DNA from: Gemmatimonadaceae bacterium
GTDB lineage: Bacteria; Gemmatimonadota; Gemmatimonadetes; Gemmatimonadales; Gemmatimonadaceae
Assembly (NCBI GenBank): GCA_036554185.1
Contig: DATBNQ010000055.1
Location: 7,987 to 71,986 of the forward strand
Direction of reading: 5' to 3'
Length of the DNA stretch: 64,000 bases
The notes beneath the pieces are model-generated. The model did not search any database, was not told the DNA's origin, and saw only the letters and a program-made list of their open reading frames with translations. Below, one piece after another: positions 19,439-30,078 of this stretch. The position numbers were made by a program, and so were the translations under genes. How positions within the stretch are numbered: the stretch's first letter is position 1; every line of letters begins with the position of its first letter.

Positions 19439-20933
19439 AGAGGAAGTAGATCACGAGTCCGATGGCCATCCAGACGATGAGCCGGATCCATGTATCGCTC
19501 GGAAGCGATGCCATGAGCGCTCCGCAGCTGATGATTCCGAGGATCGGAACCAGCGGAACGAGCGGCGTGCGGAAGGGACGTTCCAGATTCGGCTGCCGAT
19601 AACGCAGCACAATCACTCCTGCGCACACGATGACGAATGCCAGCAGCGTACCAATCGAAACAAGTTCACCAAGCAGTCCGATGGGGAAGTAGCCGGCGAT
19701 GATCGCCGCAACAACACCAGTCAGAATCGTCGTGACATACGGCGTTTGGAACTTGGGATGTACCTTGCCGAACACCGAAGGCAGGAGTCCATCACGCGCC
19801 ATCGAGAAGAAGATGCGTGGCTGGCCCATCAGCATGACGAGCACGACCGACGCAAGTCCCGCGATCGCGCCGATGTTGACGATCGGACGCATCCAGGCAA
19901 GCGCCGGACCCGCCGCCGCAATCGCAACAAAGACCGGATGCGGGACGTCGAGCGTAGTGTAGTTCGCAAGACCAGTCATGACGAGCGACATGAGGATGTA
20001 CAACACGGTACAGATCGCAAGCGATGCGAGAATTCCTATCGGCATGTCCCGTTGGGGATTCTTCGCCTCCTGCGCGGCAGTCGAAACCGCGTCGAATCCG
20101 ATATACGAGAAGAACACTACGCCTGCAGCGCGCGCAACGCCGCTCCAGCCGAAATCTCCAAAGTGCCCGGTGTTCGCGGGGATGAACGGATGCCAGTTCG
20201 CCCTGTTAACGTAGAAGAAGCCGAATGCGATCACGAGCAGAACGATCGACACCTTCAGAATGACGATGAAGTTGTTGAATCGAGCGGATTCCTTGATCCC
20301 AACCACGAGCAGCGCGGTCATGCAAAGCGTCAGGAGAATCGCGGGAATATTGATGACTCCCTGAACCGCCGTCAGGCCAGCCCCGCACGTTGCGAGTGTG
20401 TCGCTCACGATCTGATTGGTCGCGGGCGAGATGCACAGGTTCGATCTCACCAGGTCGTGCGTTCCAACCACTCGAAGCGGAGCCTGCGCATACTGATACG
20501 GAATGTGCAGACCGAGCTCGTTCATGAACGCAGTGAAATATCCGCTCCAGCCAACCGCCACAGTAGCGGCGCCAAACAGATACTCGAGGATCAGATCCCA
20601 ACCAATGATCCACGCGATGAACTCGCCGAGTGTCGCGTATCCATATGTGTACGCGCTGCCGGCGATAGGTATCATCGCGGCAAACTCGGCATAGCACAGC
20701 CCGGCGAAAAGACAGCCGACACCTGCCAGGATAAACGAATAAACGACTGCCGGTCCCGCATGTTCAGCTGCAGCGGTGCCGGTCAGAACGAATATTCCGG
20801 CGCCGATGATGGCGCCAATTCCGAGCGTCGTGAGATTGAGCGCTCCCAGCACTCGCCGCAACGTCCGCTCTTCGCCTTCCCCGCTCGCTTCAGCCTGAAG
20901 TAGCGCGATACTCTTCCGCGACCCAAGTCCCAT
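19389..20933 (-). CDS. APC-superfamily amino acid permease (cationic amino acid transporter-like)
   Basis: About 12-14 TM helices and a family-typical N-terminal block (LGALNLTTLGIGAIIGAGIFVLTG). Start set to the ATG giving MGLGSRKS. Confidence 0.88.
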   Translation of the reverse strand: MGLGSRKSIALLQAEASGEGEERTLRRVLGALNLTTLGIGAIIGAGIFVLTGTAAAEHAGPAVVYSFILAGVGCLFAGLCYAEFAAMIPIAGSAYTYGYATLGEFIAWIIGWDLILEYLFGAATVAVGWSGYFTAFMNELGLHIPYQYAQAPLRVVGTHDLVRSNLCISPATNQIVSDTLATCGAGLTAVQGVINIPAILLTLCMTALLVVGIKESARFNNFIVILKVSIVLLVIAFGFFYVNRANWHPFIPANTGHFGDFGWSGVARAAGVVFFSYIGFDAVSTAAQEAKNPQRDMPIGILASLAICTVLYILMSLVMTGLANYTTLDVPHPVFVAIAAAGPALAWMRPIVNIGAIAGLASVVLVMLMGQPRIFFSMARDGLLPSVFGKVHPKFQTPYVTTILTGVVAAIIAGYFPIGLLGELVSIGTLLAFVIVCAGVIVLRYRQPNLERPFRTPLVPLVPILGIISCGALMASLPSDTWIRLIVWMAIGLVIYFLYGKSHSKLGRSEKIGA

Positions 20934-21071
20934 GTAATTCCTCGACGAGTTACTGCATCCGGGGCCACACACGCGAACAGACGCGGCGGCACCCCGAATC
21001 GCGTGTGACGCTATCCAGAGCCCTGCCTACATTAACCCTTTACTACGACAAAAGAGCACCCAGCGTTGTTA

Positions 21072-21094
21072 TTCGAGTCCCGCGCGGACCGCCA
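21072..21094 (+). other. tRNA 3'-end-like fragment (T-loop, T-stem 3' half, acceptor 3' strand, discriminator, CCA)
   Basis: TTCGAGT-CCCGC-GCGGACC-G-CCA has the exact segment lengths of a tRNA 3' end. However, no complementary T-stem or acceptor 5' strand lies upstream, so it is not an intact tRNA. Confidence 0.3.
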
Positions 21095-21122
21095 AACGCC
21101 CCGCAGTCGGCCCGATCACGAC

Positions 21123-22676
<1,554 letters not shown>

Positions 22677-22684
22677 CTAATGTA

Positions 22685-23134
22685 TCACACTCGACCGATC
22701 GTCCGCAAACGCCGCCGCATCCGTCGTGGAAGAAAGAACGCGCTGGCCGCCAGAATGTTCTCCAGATTCAGGTCGTCGAGGTCGGCCGGATCGCCCATCC
22801 AGTGCTCCAGCATCACCTCGTGGCCCGCGCTCTTCATAAGTCGCCTGAGAGCGAGAACCAGGACGAAAACATCGTCCACCTCGCCCACGAGCGGAATAAA
22901 GTCTGGGAAGATGTCCTCCGGCAGAAGCACGTATGCCACGGCGCCCGCTACGAGCAGCTTATCCACAATTTCTACCCGCGGATCGGTAATCAGCCCGTAG
23001 AGAAGCCGAATGAAATTGGGTAATTCCCGTACGGCGCCTACCACGGTCCGTTTCCGGCCCACTGCAGGCTGCGGCTTTCTCGTCGGAGGACGGCGTCTCG
23101 ATCTCGGCGTCTTGGATTCCATGGTTTCCTGCAT
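22685..23134 (-). CDS. DUF1232 (YkvA-like) membrane protein
   Basis: Conserved block LLPEDIFPDFIPLVGEVDDVFVLVLAL. Start taken at the ATG at 23134 (MQETMESK), which shares one nt with the upstream stop. Confidence 0.75.
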   Translation of the reverse strand: MQETMESKTPRSRRRPPTRKPQPAVGRKRTVVGAVRELPNFIRLLYGLITDPRVEIVDKLLVAGAVAYVLLPEDIFPDFIPLVGEVDDVFVLVLALRRLMKSAGHEVMLEHWMGDPADLDDLNLENILAASAFFLPRRMRRRLRTIGRV

Positions 23135-23958
23135 CAGTAGATGTAAACCGCCGTCCCAACAGGGACCATCGGGTAGAGCTGCTCTACGTCCTGATTCAAC
23201 ATTCGTACACAACCGTGGCTGACGGAGTGACCGATCGATTGCGGCTCATCCGTTCCGTGAATCCCGTAGCCGTCGCCAAGGTCGAGTCGCCGTGTTCCGA
23301 GAGTGCCGAGGTACCGCCGCTGAGCGGTTCCAAACGGAGGCACGATCAGGTTCCCATTGGCAACCAGTTCATGTCCCTCCTTGGGTGGAGGGGCCGGCTG
23401 CCCGTTCGGCTCGATCACGTTGGCGCCCTGCACCGAATAGCCCGCGTAGCTCTGTCCGCGCTCCAGGTGTACCAGTCCCAACCCTCGGGACCGGGCCTGC
23501 TCCACGTAATGCCAGTCGGGAGGGACCCAGGCCGGATTGGAGTCCTTGGACTGAACCACCAGACGGCCGCGCGGCGTCTCGAAGCGCCAGTGCTGGCCGC
23601 TTCCACCCGCGACAAGCTCCTTCCCGCTCGCCGTTGCTACCGGCGCGGTAAACAGCACGCTGTCCCGCTGTTTATACCAAAGCCGATGATCCGCGAGACT
23701 GATCACGATGTAGGGCGAATTCGCAGTCGGAGTGGCGGCCTCGAGCACCCTGCGCACGCTGTCGCTCTCGACGCCCGCTTGCGCGCGCAACTGATCCAGC
23801 AAGCCGAGATTGTCGTTGAACACCATTCTGTTGACGTCGCGCTCGAAACGCAGCTCCGCGGTATCCTGCAACAGTTTCACGCTCAATGCGATCGCAATGA
23901 GAATGCCGAGAATCAGGAGCCACGCGATCGCGACGCCGTGTCGTAGGAACTTCATCAT
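23134..23958 (-). CDS. membrane-anchored L,D-transpeptidase (YkuD domain)
   Basis: N-terminal TM helix and the YkuD catalytic signature GIHGTDEPQSIGHSVSHGCVRM. Confidence 0.88.
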   Translation of the reverse strand: MMKFLRHGVAIAWLLILGILIAIALSVKLLQDTAELRFERDVNRMVFNDNLGLLDQLRAQAGVESDSVRRVLEAATPTANSPYIVISLADHRLWYKQRDSVLFTAPVATASGKELVAGGSGQHWRFETPRGRLVVQSKDSNPAWVPPDWHYVEQARSRGLGLVHLERGQSYAGYSVQGANVIEPNGQPAPPPKEGHELVANGNLIVPPFGTAQRRYLGTLGTRRLDLGDGYGIHGTDEPQSIGHSVSHGCVRMLNQDVEQLYPMVPVGTAVYIY

Positions 23959-24608
23959 CAGTAGAAGTACACGGTCATTCCCGCGCTCACGTTCGGAAGT
24001 ATCGCGCGAAGATCGGCTGCCGCAACGCGAACGTTGCCGGCTGCAACCGCATCGGAGTCGGCACCCGCGTATATTCGCGCGTCGCCATTCAGCACGAGCG
24101 CCGGTGAATCACCATCGATCACCTGCTGCACAGTACGCTCGCCGCGCGGGAGTGTGGCCACCGCTGTATCACCGTTCACACTTTTGAATCCCGGAACCTC
24201 GGCGGGCGCAAGAGCCACGCGCATCACTCGCAGCAACGCACCATCGCGTTCGAGATACATCACGCCGCTGTCGACGGCGATTGACAGATGCAGATGCGGA
24301 TCAAAATGAGCCTGCCGTTTCGCAAGCTCGATCGCAAGACGCACCTTGTCCTGCTCGGACTGCACCACGAGATCGCTCTTCTTGCGCTCTGCCGCCGTCA
24401 TGCTCGCGCGCAGCGACGCTATCTCCCCGCCGTATGCCTGACGTCGGTACGCCAACCACATGTCACCAGCCACGAGCAGTAGAAATACCAGGGCAATGAT
24501 CTTGAGAAATGTCGGATACGCTTCCCGGAACGCACTCCATCCCTCACGCCTTCGGTCGGCTCCGCGCGAAGTGGAGCGCCTGCCGCTGGGGTCTTGCGGT
24601 TGAGTCAT
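23958..24608 (-). CDS. membrane-anchored YkuD-like paralog lacking catalytic His/Cys (predicted pseudoenzyme)
   Basis: Same architecture as the downstream gene. The last 28 aa align without gaps (AAGNVRVAAADLRAILPNVSAGMTVYFY vs SHGCVRMLNQDVEQLYPMVPVGTAVYIY), and Cys is replaced by Asn. The upstream IHG position reads IYA. Confidence 0.65.
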   Translation of the reverse strand: MTQPQDPSGRRSTSRGADRRREGWSAFREAYPTFLKIIALVFLLLVAGDMWLAYRRQAYGGEIASLRASMTAAERKKSDLVVQSEQDKVRLAIELAKRQAHFDPHLHLSIAVDSGVMYLERDGALLRVMRVALAPAEVPGFKSVNGDTAVATLPRGERTVQQVIDGDSPALVLNGDARIYAGADSDAVAAGNVRVAAADLRAILPNVSAGMTVYFY

Positions 24609-25339
24609 CGAATCCGGCGTATGGTTTGAATGTCGAGGATGGGTATGCCGACGGGATCGCTCTTGCCATCGCGTACTCGCGCCGTGACGGTGATCTTCTC
24701 GAGTGGCTGTAATGCACGAGCCGTGCCCATGAGCGACGGCGGGACTACCAGGTACAGCAACGCATTTTCCGACTTCGGTCCCTTTGCCAGTATGTAGGGC
24801 TCCCCGTCCACCAGCCCGTGACGCAGCGGATCAGCGGTCTGCAGCGCGAGGAACTGCACATTCCACAATACCGTCTTCCCACGCGCGGCAGCTGGATTCG
24901 CGCGCAGGTCGGCTGCGCTCAGGCCAGCGCGGTACGTCGTGTCCGCGGGCACCAGAAGCGAGTCAGGCACCCATCCTTCAAGTCTCACTCTCGTCCAGCC
25001 ATGATCGCGAGCGACGACAGTCACCGCCGTTGCTTTTTGCAACGCTCCAATTATCGCGGACGACGGAGCGTCACGCAACACTGCCACCGAAGCGACGAGG
25101 TACTGATCGCCTTCAGCGGACTGAGAATCCGGCGGCGCAGTGGCGGATACTGATGCGATCGGGCCGGCGCGCGACTTTCCCGATTTTGACGCCGCGGTCT
25201 TCTGGCCGTACAGCGGCGTCGCGATTGCAACGGCGAGTGTTGCCGCTATCGCGACACGAGCGATTGCCACGATACTCGATGGAATTGATCGACTGGCGAG
25301 TCGTGGAGATCCGCGGCCGATGGGATACAGGTGACGCAT
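24605..25339 (-). CDS. secreted hypothetical protein with SH3b-like segment
   Basis: Signal/anchor sequence (VAIAATLAVAIATPLYGQ). The segment VVARDHGWTRVRLEGWV resembles bacterial SH3. ATGA overlap with the next gene. Confidence 0.6.
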   Translation of the reverse strand: MRHLYPIGRGSPRLASRSIPSSIVAIARVAIAATLAVAIATPLYGQKTAASKSGKSRAGPIASVSATAPPDSQSAEGDQYLVASVAVLRDAPSSAIIGALQKATAVTVVARDHGWTRVRLEGWVPDSLLVPADTTYRAGLSAADLRANPAAARGKTVLWNVQFLALQTADPLRHGLVDGEPYILAKGPKSENALLYLVVPPSLMGTARALQPLEKITVTARVRDGKSDPVGIPILDIQTIRRIR

Positions 25340-25401
25340 GGTGAGTGGGCGCGTAGATTAGACGGTTTCGAAGCTACTTCTTTTACACTCAACGAGCGAA
25401 C

Positions 25402-26949
25402 ATGGCGAAGGTCGGTGAGTCTGACGGTCCGGTTGCCCTCATCGTGCTCGACGGATGGGGTCACCGTGCCGAGCGCGAGGGAAACGCGATTGCACTGGCT
25501 CGGACTCCTGTCTGGGACGCTCTCTGGAGCCTCCAATCCCGCTCGCTTCTGGAAGCATCCGGCCTACGCGTGGGACTGCCCGCCGGCCAGATGGGTAACA
25601 GCGAGGTTGGACATCTCAACCTCGGTGCCGGTCGCGTCGTCATGCAGGACCTGGTTCGCATCTCCGCTGCGATTGAGGATGGCTCGTTCTTTCGCAACCC
25701 CGCGTTGATCGCGGCCTGCGACGCAGCAAGGCGAGGCGGCACACTGCATGTGATGGGCCTCCTCGGCGGAGGGGGCGTCCACGCAATCGATGCCCATCTG
25801 TACGCGATCATCGACATGGCGGAACGCCTCCACGTGCCGCGCGTTGCGCTGCACCTGCTGACGGACGGCCGCGACACCTTGCCCCAGTCCGCGCTCGGGT
25901 ATCTCCGGACGCTGTTGGACTACGCGCGCGGGCGAGCGCAGGTCGCCAGCATCGGCGGTCGGTACTATGGAATGGACCGTGACAAGCGCTGGCAGCGGAC
26001 CGAGCTCTTCTATCGCGCAGCTGTCGACGGTTCCGGTCCGGCCAACACGGATCCGATGGCAGTCGTGCAGCAGGCGTATGACAGTGGTGTCACGGACGAG
26101 TTCATCCTCCCGGCGGTGATCACGCGGGATGGCGCACCGATCGCCGCCATGCATGACGGCGACGCCGTGATATGCTTCAACTACAGATCGGATCGTATGC
26201 GCCAGATCGTCCGCGCAATGACGGATCCGTCCTTCGATGGCTTCGACGTTTCGGCGAGACCGTCGCTCACCGTGACGACGCTCACGCAATACGATGCGAC
26301 CTTCGACGTAAACGTGGCTTTCGCACCTTTCACGATGTCGCGAATCGTCGCCGAGGTCGTCTCGGAAGCCGGCAAGACGATGCTCAAGACCGCGGAAACT
26401 GAGAAATACCCGCACGTCACATACTTCTTCAACGGCGGAGTGGAGCCGCCGTACCCCGGCGAAGATCGTCGCCTGGTTCCCAGTCAGAAGGTTGCGACGT
26501 ACGACCTGGCGCCGGAAATGAGCGCAACTGGCATCGCCGATGTTCTGTGCAACTCCATGGACGCACGAGAGCATGACTTCACGCTCTGCAACTTCGCGAA
26601 CGCGGATATGGTGGGACACACGGGTTCGATACCGGCGACAATCGCCGCCGTCGAGGCGGTCGACAATTGCCTCGATCGCATCGTAAGAAGTGCCCGTAAA
26701 TCGGGCACGCGCCTCATAATCACAGCTGACCACGGCAACGCGGAAATGATGCTCGACCCTGCCACGGGCGGACCTCACACAGCACACACCAGCAATCCCG
26801 TACCAATCGTCTTTTTCAACCCTGCTGGAGGGGAGCCAGCCATACGCGGAGGCGGCGCCCTCTGCGACGTAGGCCCGACCGTCCTGGGCATGCTGGGTAT
26901 CGACACACCCCCGGAGATGACCGGCGTGGACCTTTTCCGCGTGAGATGA
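25402..26949 (+). CDS. gpmI: 2,3-bisphosphoglycerate-independent phosphoglycerate mutase
   Basis: ILDGWG, MGNSEVGHLNLGAGR (catalytic Ser), ADHGNAE. 515 aa. Confidence 0.96.
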   Translation: MAKVGESDGPVALIVLDGWGHRAEREGNAIALARTPVWDALWSLQSRSLLEASGLRVGLPAGQMGNSEVGHLNLGAGRVVMQDLVRISAAIEDGSFFRNPALIAACDAARRGGTLHVMGLLGGGGVHAIDAHLYAIIDMAERLHVPRVALHLLTDGRDTLPQSALGYLRTLLDYARGRAQVASIGGRYYGMDRDKRWQRTELFYRAAVDGSGPANTDPMAVVQQAYDSGVTDEFILPAVITRDGAPIAAMHDGDAVICFNYRSDRMRQIVRAMTDPSFDGFDVSARPSLTVTTLTQYDATFDVNVAFAPFTMSRIVAEVVSEAGKTMLKTAETEKYPHVTYFFNGGVEPPYPGEDRRLVPSQKVATYDLAPEMSATGIADVLCNSMDAREHDFTLCNFANADMVGHTGSIPATIAAVEAVDNCLDRIVRSARKSGTRLIITADHGNAEMMLDPATGGPHTAHTSNPVPIVFFNPAGGEPAIRGGGALCDVGPTVLGMLGIDTPPEMTGVDLFRVR

Positions 26950-26972
26950 TTACCCCGGTTAGAATTACGTAC

Positions 26973-27686
26973 ATGTCAAAGCTTATTCGCGCGCTTTCGC
27001 TGTCCCTTTCGGTCGCGACGCTCGGGATCGTACCCTCCGCGGCCTCGGGCCAGGTGGTGGTGGGACACACCCCCGAAACGAGCCCCTTTCACGATATTGA
27101 CGCCAACCAGCGAATCACGCTATTCGGCGGCTATTTCAAGGCCCAGGGCGACGGCCTTCAGACCACCCCGCAAAGTGGCCCGGCATTTGGATTACGGTAT
27201 GACCTGCCGGTCGCCGGACCAGCCGATTTCTTCGTCCGCTTCCAGCGGGTCAATTCCAACCGCTTCGCGTACAATCCAACGCTTCCCGCTGCTACGCGCT
27301 CCCTTGGACGACAGAGCCTCGCTCTTTACGACGGCGATCTGGGATTCGCTCTAAACCTTACCGGGCGCAGAACGTGGCACGGGCTCATCCCGAATATCAA
27401 CTTTGGCCTTGGAATCGTCAGCGCGTCAGGAACGACGAAAAACGATCCCTATAGCTTCGGAACGCAGTTCGCATTTTCAACGGGGATCGGGATCCGCTAC
27501 AATCCCAGCAACTCCTACGAAATTCGGTTGGATGCCGGACCGACATACTACCAGAACCACTACCCACCCGCGTATTTCGTGGCTCCCACTGGCTCGACGG
27601 CACTCCTGGACAACACCGCGTCGCGCAGCGGATATCAGCACAGTATGAATTACACCGCAGGACTCTCGATCCCGATCTTCCGGTAG
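26973..27686 (+). CDS. outer-membrane beta-barrel-like hypothetical protein
   Basis: Signal peptide MSKLIRALSLSLSVATLGIVPSAASGQ, alternating beta-strand pattern, C-terminal aromatic residue (IPIFR). Confidence 0.6.
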   Translation: MSKLIRALSLSLSVATLGIVPSAASGQVVVGHTPETSPFHDIDANQRITLFGGYFKAQGDGLQTTPQSGPAFGLRYDLPVAGPADFFVRFQRVNSNRFAYNPTLPAATRSLGRQSLALYDGDLGFALNLTGRRTWHGLIPNINFGLGIVSASGTTKNDPYSFGTQFAFSTGIGIRYNPSNSYEIRLDAGPTYYQNHYPPAYFVAPTGSTALLDNTASRSGYQHSMNYTAGLSIPIFR

Positions 27687-27733
27687 CCCATTCAGGCATC
27701 GGCCTTGCACGGTGAGTCTGCAGGAGGCACACC

Positions 27734-28252
27734 ATGCAGCGAGATTTTGAAGACATATTCGACACCGAAGACCTCGATGCCGACGAACTGAGGCGTCTCG
27801 TCCACGAAACGCTTCGAGACAACCGCTCGATCGACCCTGCGGACATCTCGGTCCATGTAAGAGCCGGCAAAGTGATCCTCGCGGGGCGAGTGGGCACCGA
27901 CACCGAAAAGCGAATCGCCGAGCGCGTCGTAGGTGATCGAATCGGCCTCACTAATGTGGAAAGTCAGCTTGTCGTGGACCCGCTCCGCCGGGCGACGAGC
28001 CCCGAGGCGGCCGACGAAAATGTAAGCGATGAGGAACAGCACGAAGGGCTGCTCCTCGGCGACGCCCCTCGGTCTCACTCCGACAGTTCGGACCACCTCG
28101 CCTCTCATGCCGACGACGAATTACTAGGCACCGTCGACCGGACTGAGGCAATTGAGGATGGCATCCCGTGGATACCGCCGGAAAGTCCGACACCTGAAGG
28201 GACTGACGAGTCCGCGTACCCTCCACGGGACGCTGAGCTGGATTCGTTTTAA
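27734..28252 (+). CDS. BON domain-containing protein with acidic C-terminal tail
   Basis: AGGAGG lies 6 nt upstream of the ATG. BON-like pattern: ISVHVRAGKVILAGRVGTDTEKRIAERVVGDRIGLTNVESQLVV. Confidence 0.75.
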   Translation: MQRDFEDIFDTEDLDADELRRLVHETLRDNRSIDPADISVHVRAGKVILAGRVGTDTEKRIAERVVGDRIGLTNVESQLVVDPLRRATSPEAADENVSDEEQHEGLLLGDAPRSHSDSSDHLASHADDELLGTVDRTEAIEDGIPWIPPESPTPEGTDESAYPPRDAELDSF

Positions 28253-28281
28253 TCCCGAGAAGGATGCAAATTTGATGGAGA

Positions 28282-28704
28282 ATGTCTACCTGCACCCTTA
28301 CACGCCGCGTGAAATTCGCCGCGGCGCACCGATACCGTCGTCCCGAATGGGATGATGCGCGCAACGAATCAACCTTTGGCGCGTGCGCCTGGCCAAGTTA
28401 CCACGGACACAGCTATATCTGCGACGTGACCGTTGCCGGCGAGATCGATCCGATTACCGGCTTCATTGTGGATCTCGGCAAGCTTGACGCAGCGCTGCGT
28501 CGCCAGGTCACCCAGAAATTCGACCACCGGAACATCAATCTCGACGTCCCGGAGTTCGCCGACGGCAGACTGGTCCCTTCCGGCGAGAATCTTGCTCGCT
28601 ATGTGCTCGAACATGTACAGACCGAATTGGGTTCGGAGGTGCGTGTCGTAAGTGTTACGATCGCGGAGGACGACACCCTGTCCGCGACCTATGCTACGGG
28701 TTGA
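28282..28704 (+). CDS. queD: 6-carboxy-5,6,7,8-tetrahydropterin synthase (PTPS family)
   Basis: FAAAHRY ... CAWPSYHGHSY zinc/catalytic motifs. 140 aa. Confidence 0.85.
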   Translation: MSTCTLTRRVKFAAAHRYRRPEWDDARNESTFGACAWPSYHGHSYICDVTVAGEIDPITGFIVDLGKLDAALRRQVTQKFDHRNINLDVPEFADGRLVPSGENLARYVLEHVQTELGSEVRVVSVTIAEDDTLSATYATG

Positions 28705-30076
28705 CGCGATAAGCCGCGCTCCGTTGCGCCACAAGATTGCGCGCAAGCTTGCGCGCATGCTCCGGCACGACTCGCACATCGCGGTGTTCCTGTGCATGGC
28801 CGGTGTCGCGTGCGCACCGGTGCCGTCAACCCGCGTGGTCCCTCGTCGCAACAATCTCGCTGCGCTACGTGCGCACATCGATTCGCTTGTCGGCAAGTCC
28901 GAGTACCGCACGGCCGAGTGGGGCATCCTCGCCGTGAATCCCGGCCGCGGTGACACAATTTATGCGCATCGGCCTGCAACACTGATGGTGCCTGCGTCGA
29001 ACATGAAGATCATCACTTCGGCGGTCGCGCTCGCACAGCTCGGCGGCGATTTTCGGTTCACCACGACATTCGCGTCTCACGGCACGATCTCGAACGGAGT
29101 TCTGAACGGGGATCTGGTCGTGACAGGTCGCGGCGATCCGACACTGAGCGACCGAATGCGAGGAAGCGCGCGCGCGGCCATGGATTCGCTGGCCGACTCG
29201 ATCATCTCGCACGGCATACGGACGATCACCGGCCACATCTACTCCGGCGCTGATAACTTTCCGGGCCCTCATGTCGGTGCCGGCTGGGACTGGGACGATC
29301 TCGACGCGTCCTACGCCGCCGGAGTGGACGAGCTGCTGTTCAACGAGGGAATGGCGCGCGTCGTTGTGCACGTCGCGAACGGCGACAGCCTGGTGAAGTC
29401 CGCGCCTGCCGCCGACCCATCTAAGGATTACCTCGATGAGCTCGCACGGGCGCTTGAGGCGCGCGGTGTCCGCTCCGGGCTGGGTGTCGCGGAAGGCGTC
29501 GTACCGCCCGATGGCGTTCCACTCGACACGATCTTCGTCGCGCGGTCGGTCCCGCTGCGCGCGGTACTTCCGTACTTCCTCAAGCCGTCACAGAATCAGA
29601 TCGGCGAGGTTCTCATGCGAACTGTGGGCCTCGAGCGCGCCGGAGTCGGCACCGCTGACAGCGGAATCTCTGTGGCCGGCAGACAGCTCGCGGCATGGGG
29701 AATCCCGCACGATGGCTACGAGTTGCACGACGGCAGTGGAATGGCACGCGCCGATCTCATCTCGCCGGAAACGATCGTACGCATTCTCGACCGGATGCAG
29801 TCGAGCCCCGACTTCGAATCATTCTTCAATGCGCTGCCAGTCGCAGGAGTGGACGGAACCATTGGACAGCGCATGCGCGGAACGCGTGCACAGAACAACG
29901 TCCACGCCAAGACGGGTTCGCTTCAGTGGGTTCGATCTCTATCGGGATACGTGACGGATGGCGACGGCGAACGCATCATCTTCAGCGTGCTCGCAAATAA
30001 ATGGACCACTCCGTCGAGCGTCGTGACCGCTACAGCGGATTCCATCGCTGCGGCCCTGGCATCCTACCGAAAGTGA
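28691..30076 (+). CDS. dacB: D-alanyl-D-alanine carboxypeptidase/endopeptidase (PBP4, peptidase S13)
   Basis: SxxK (ASNMKIITS), a DGSG motif and KTGS (AKTGSLQWV). The start is uncertain (28691 or 28757). Confidence 0.88.
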   Translation: MLRVDAISRAPLRHKIARKLARMLRHDSHIAVFLCMAGVACAPVPSTRVVPRRNNLAALRAHIDSLVGKSEYRTAEWGILAVNPGRGDTIYAHRPATLMVPASNMKIITSAVALAQLGGDFRFTTTFASHGTISNGVLNGDLVVTGRGDPTLSDRMRGSARAAMDSLADSIISHGIRTITGHIYSGADNFPGPHVGAGWDWDDLDASYAAGVDELLFNEGMARVVVHVANGDSLVKSAPAADPSKDYLDELARALEARGVRSGLGVAEGVVPPDGVPLDTIFVARSVPLRAVLPYFLKPSQNQIGEVLMRTVGLERAGVGTADSGISVAGRQLAAWGIPHDGYELHDGSGMARADLISPETIVRILDRMQSSPDFESFFNALPVAGVDGTIGQRMRGTRAQNNVHAKTGSLQWVRSLSGYVTDGDGERIIFSVLANKWTTPSSVVTATADSIAAALASYRK

Positions 30077-30078
30077 CG

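Noticed and set aside
19044-20903. 619-aa plus-strand ORF, and similar long ORFs at 43420-45132, 25564-26787, 46127-47047, 58127-59008, 6419-7273, 10502-11383 and 34325-35143.
   Set aside because: Each lies antisense to a gene with clear family motifs (permease, nucleotidyltransferase/atpH, gpmI, atpB, gcvT/argF and others). Their translations are Arg/His/Pro-rich and low-complexity, with no motifs. They are typical stop-codon-poor shadow frames of high-GC DNA.
20934-21122. Possible riboswitch (for example a lysine-type) in the long leader of the amino acid permease.
   Set aside because: Only a short GTAAAGGG-like match is present. I could not trace the multi-stem conserved architecture by eye. 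A covariance-model scan (Rfam/Infernal) would be needed, so I make no call.
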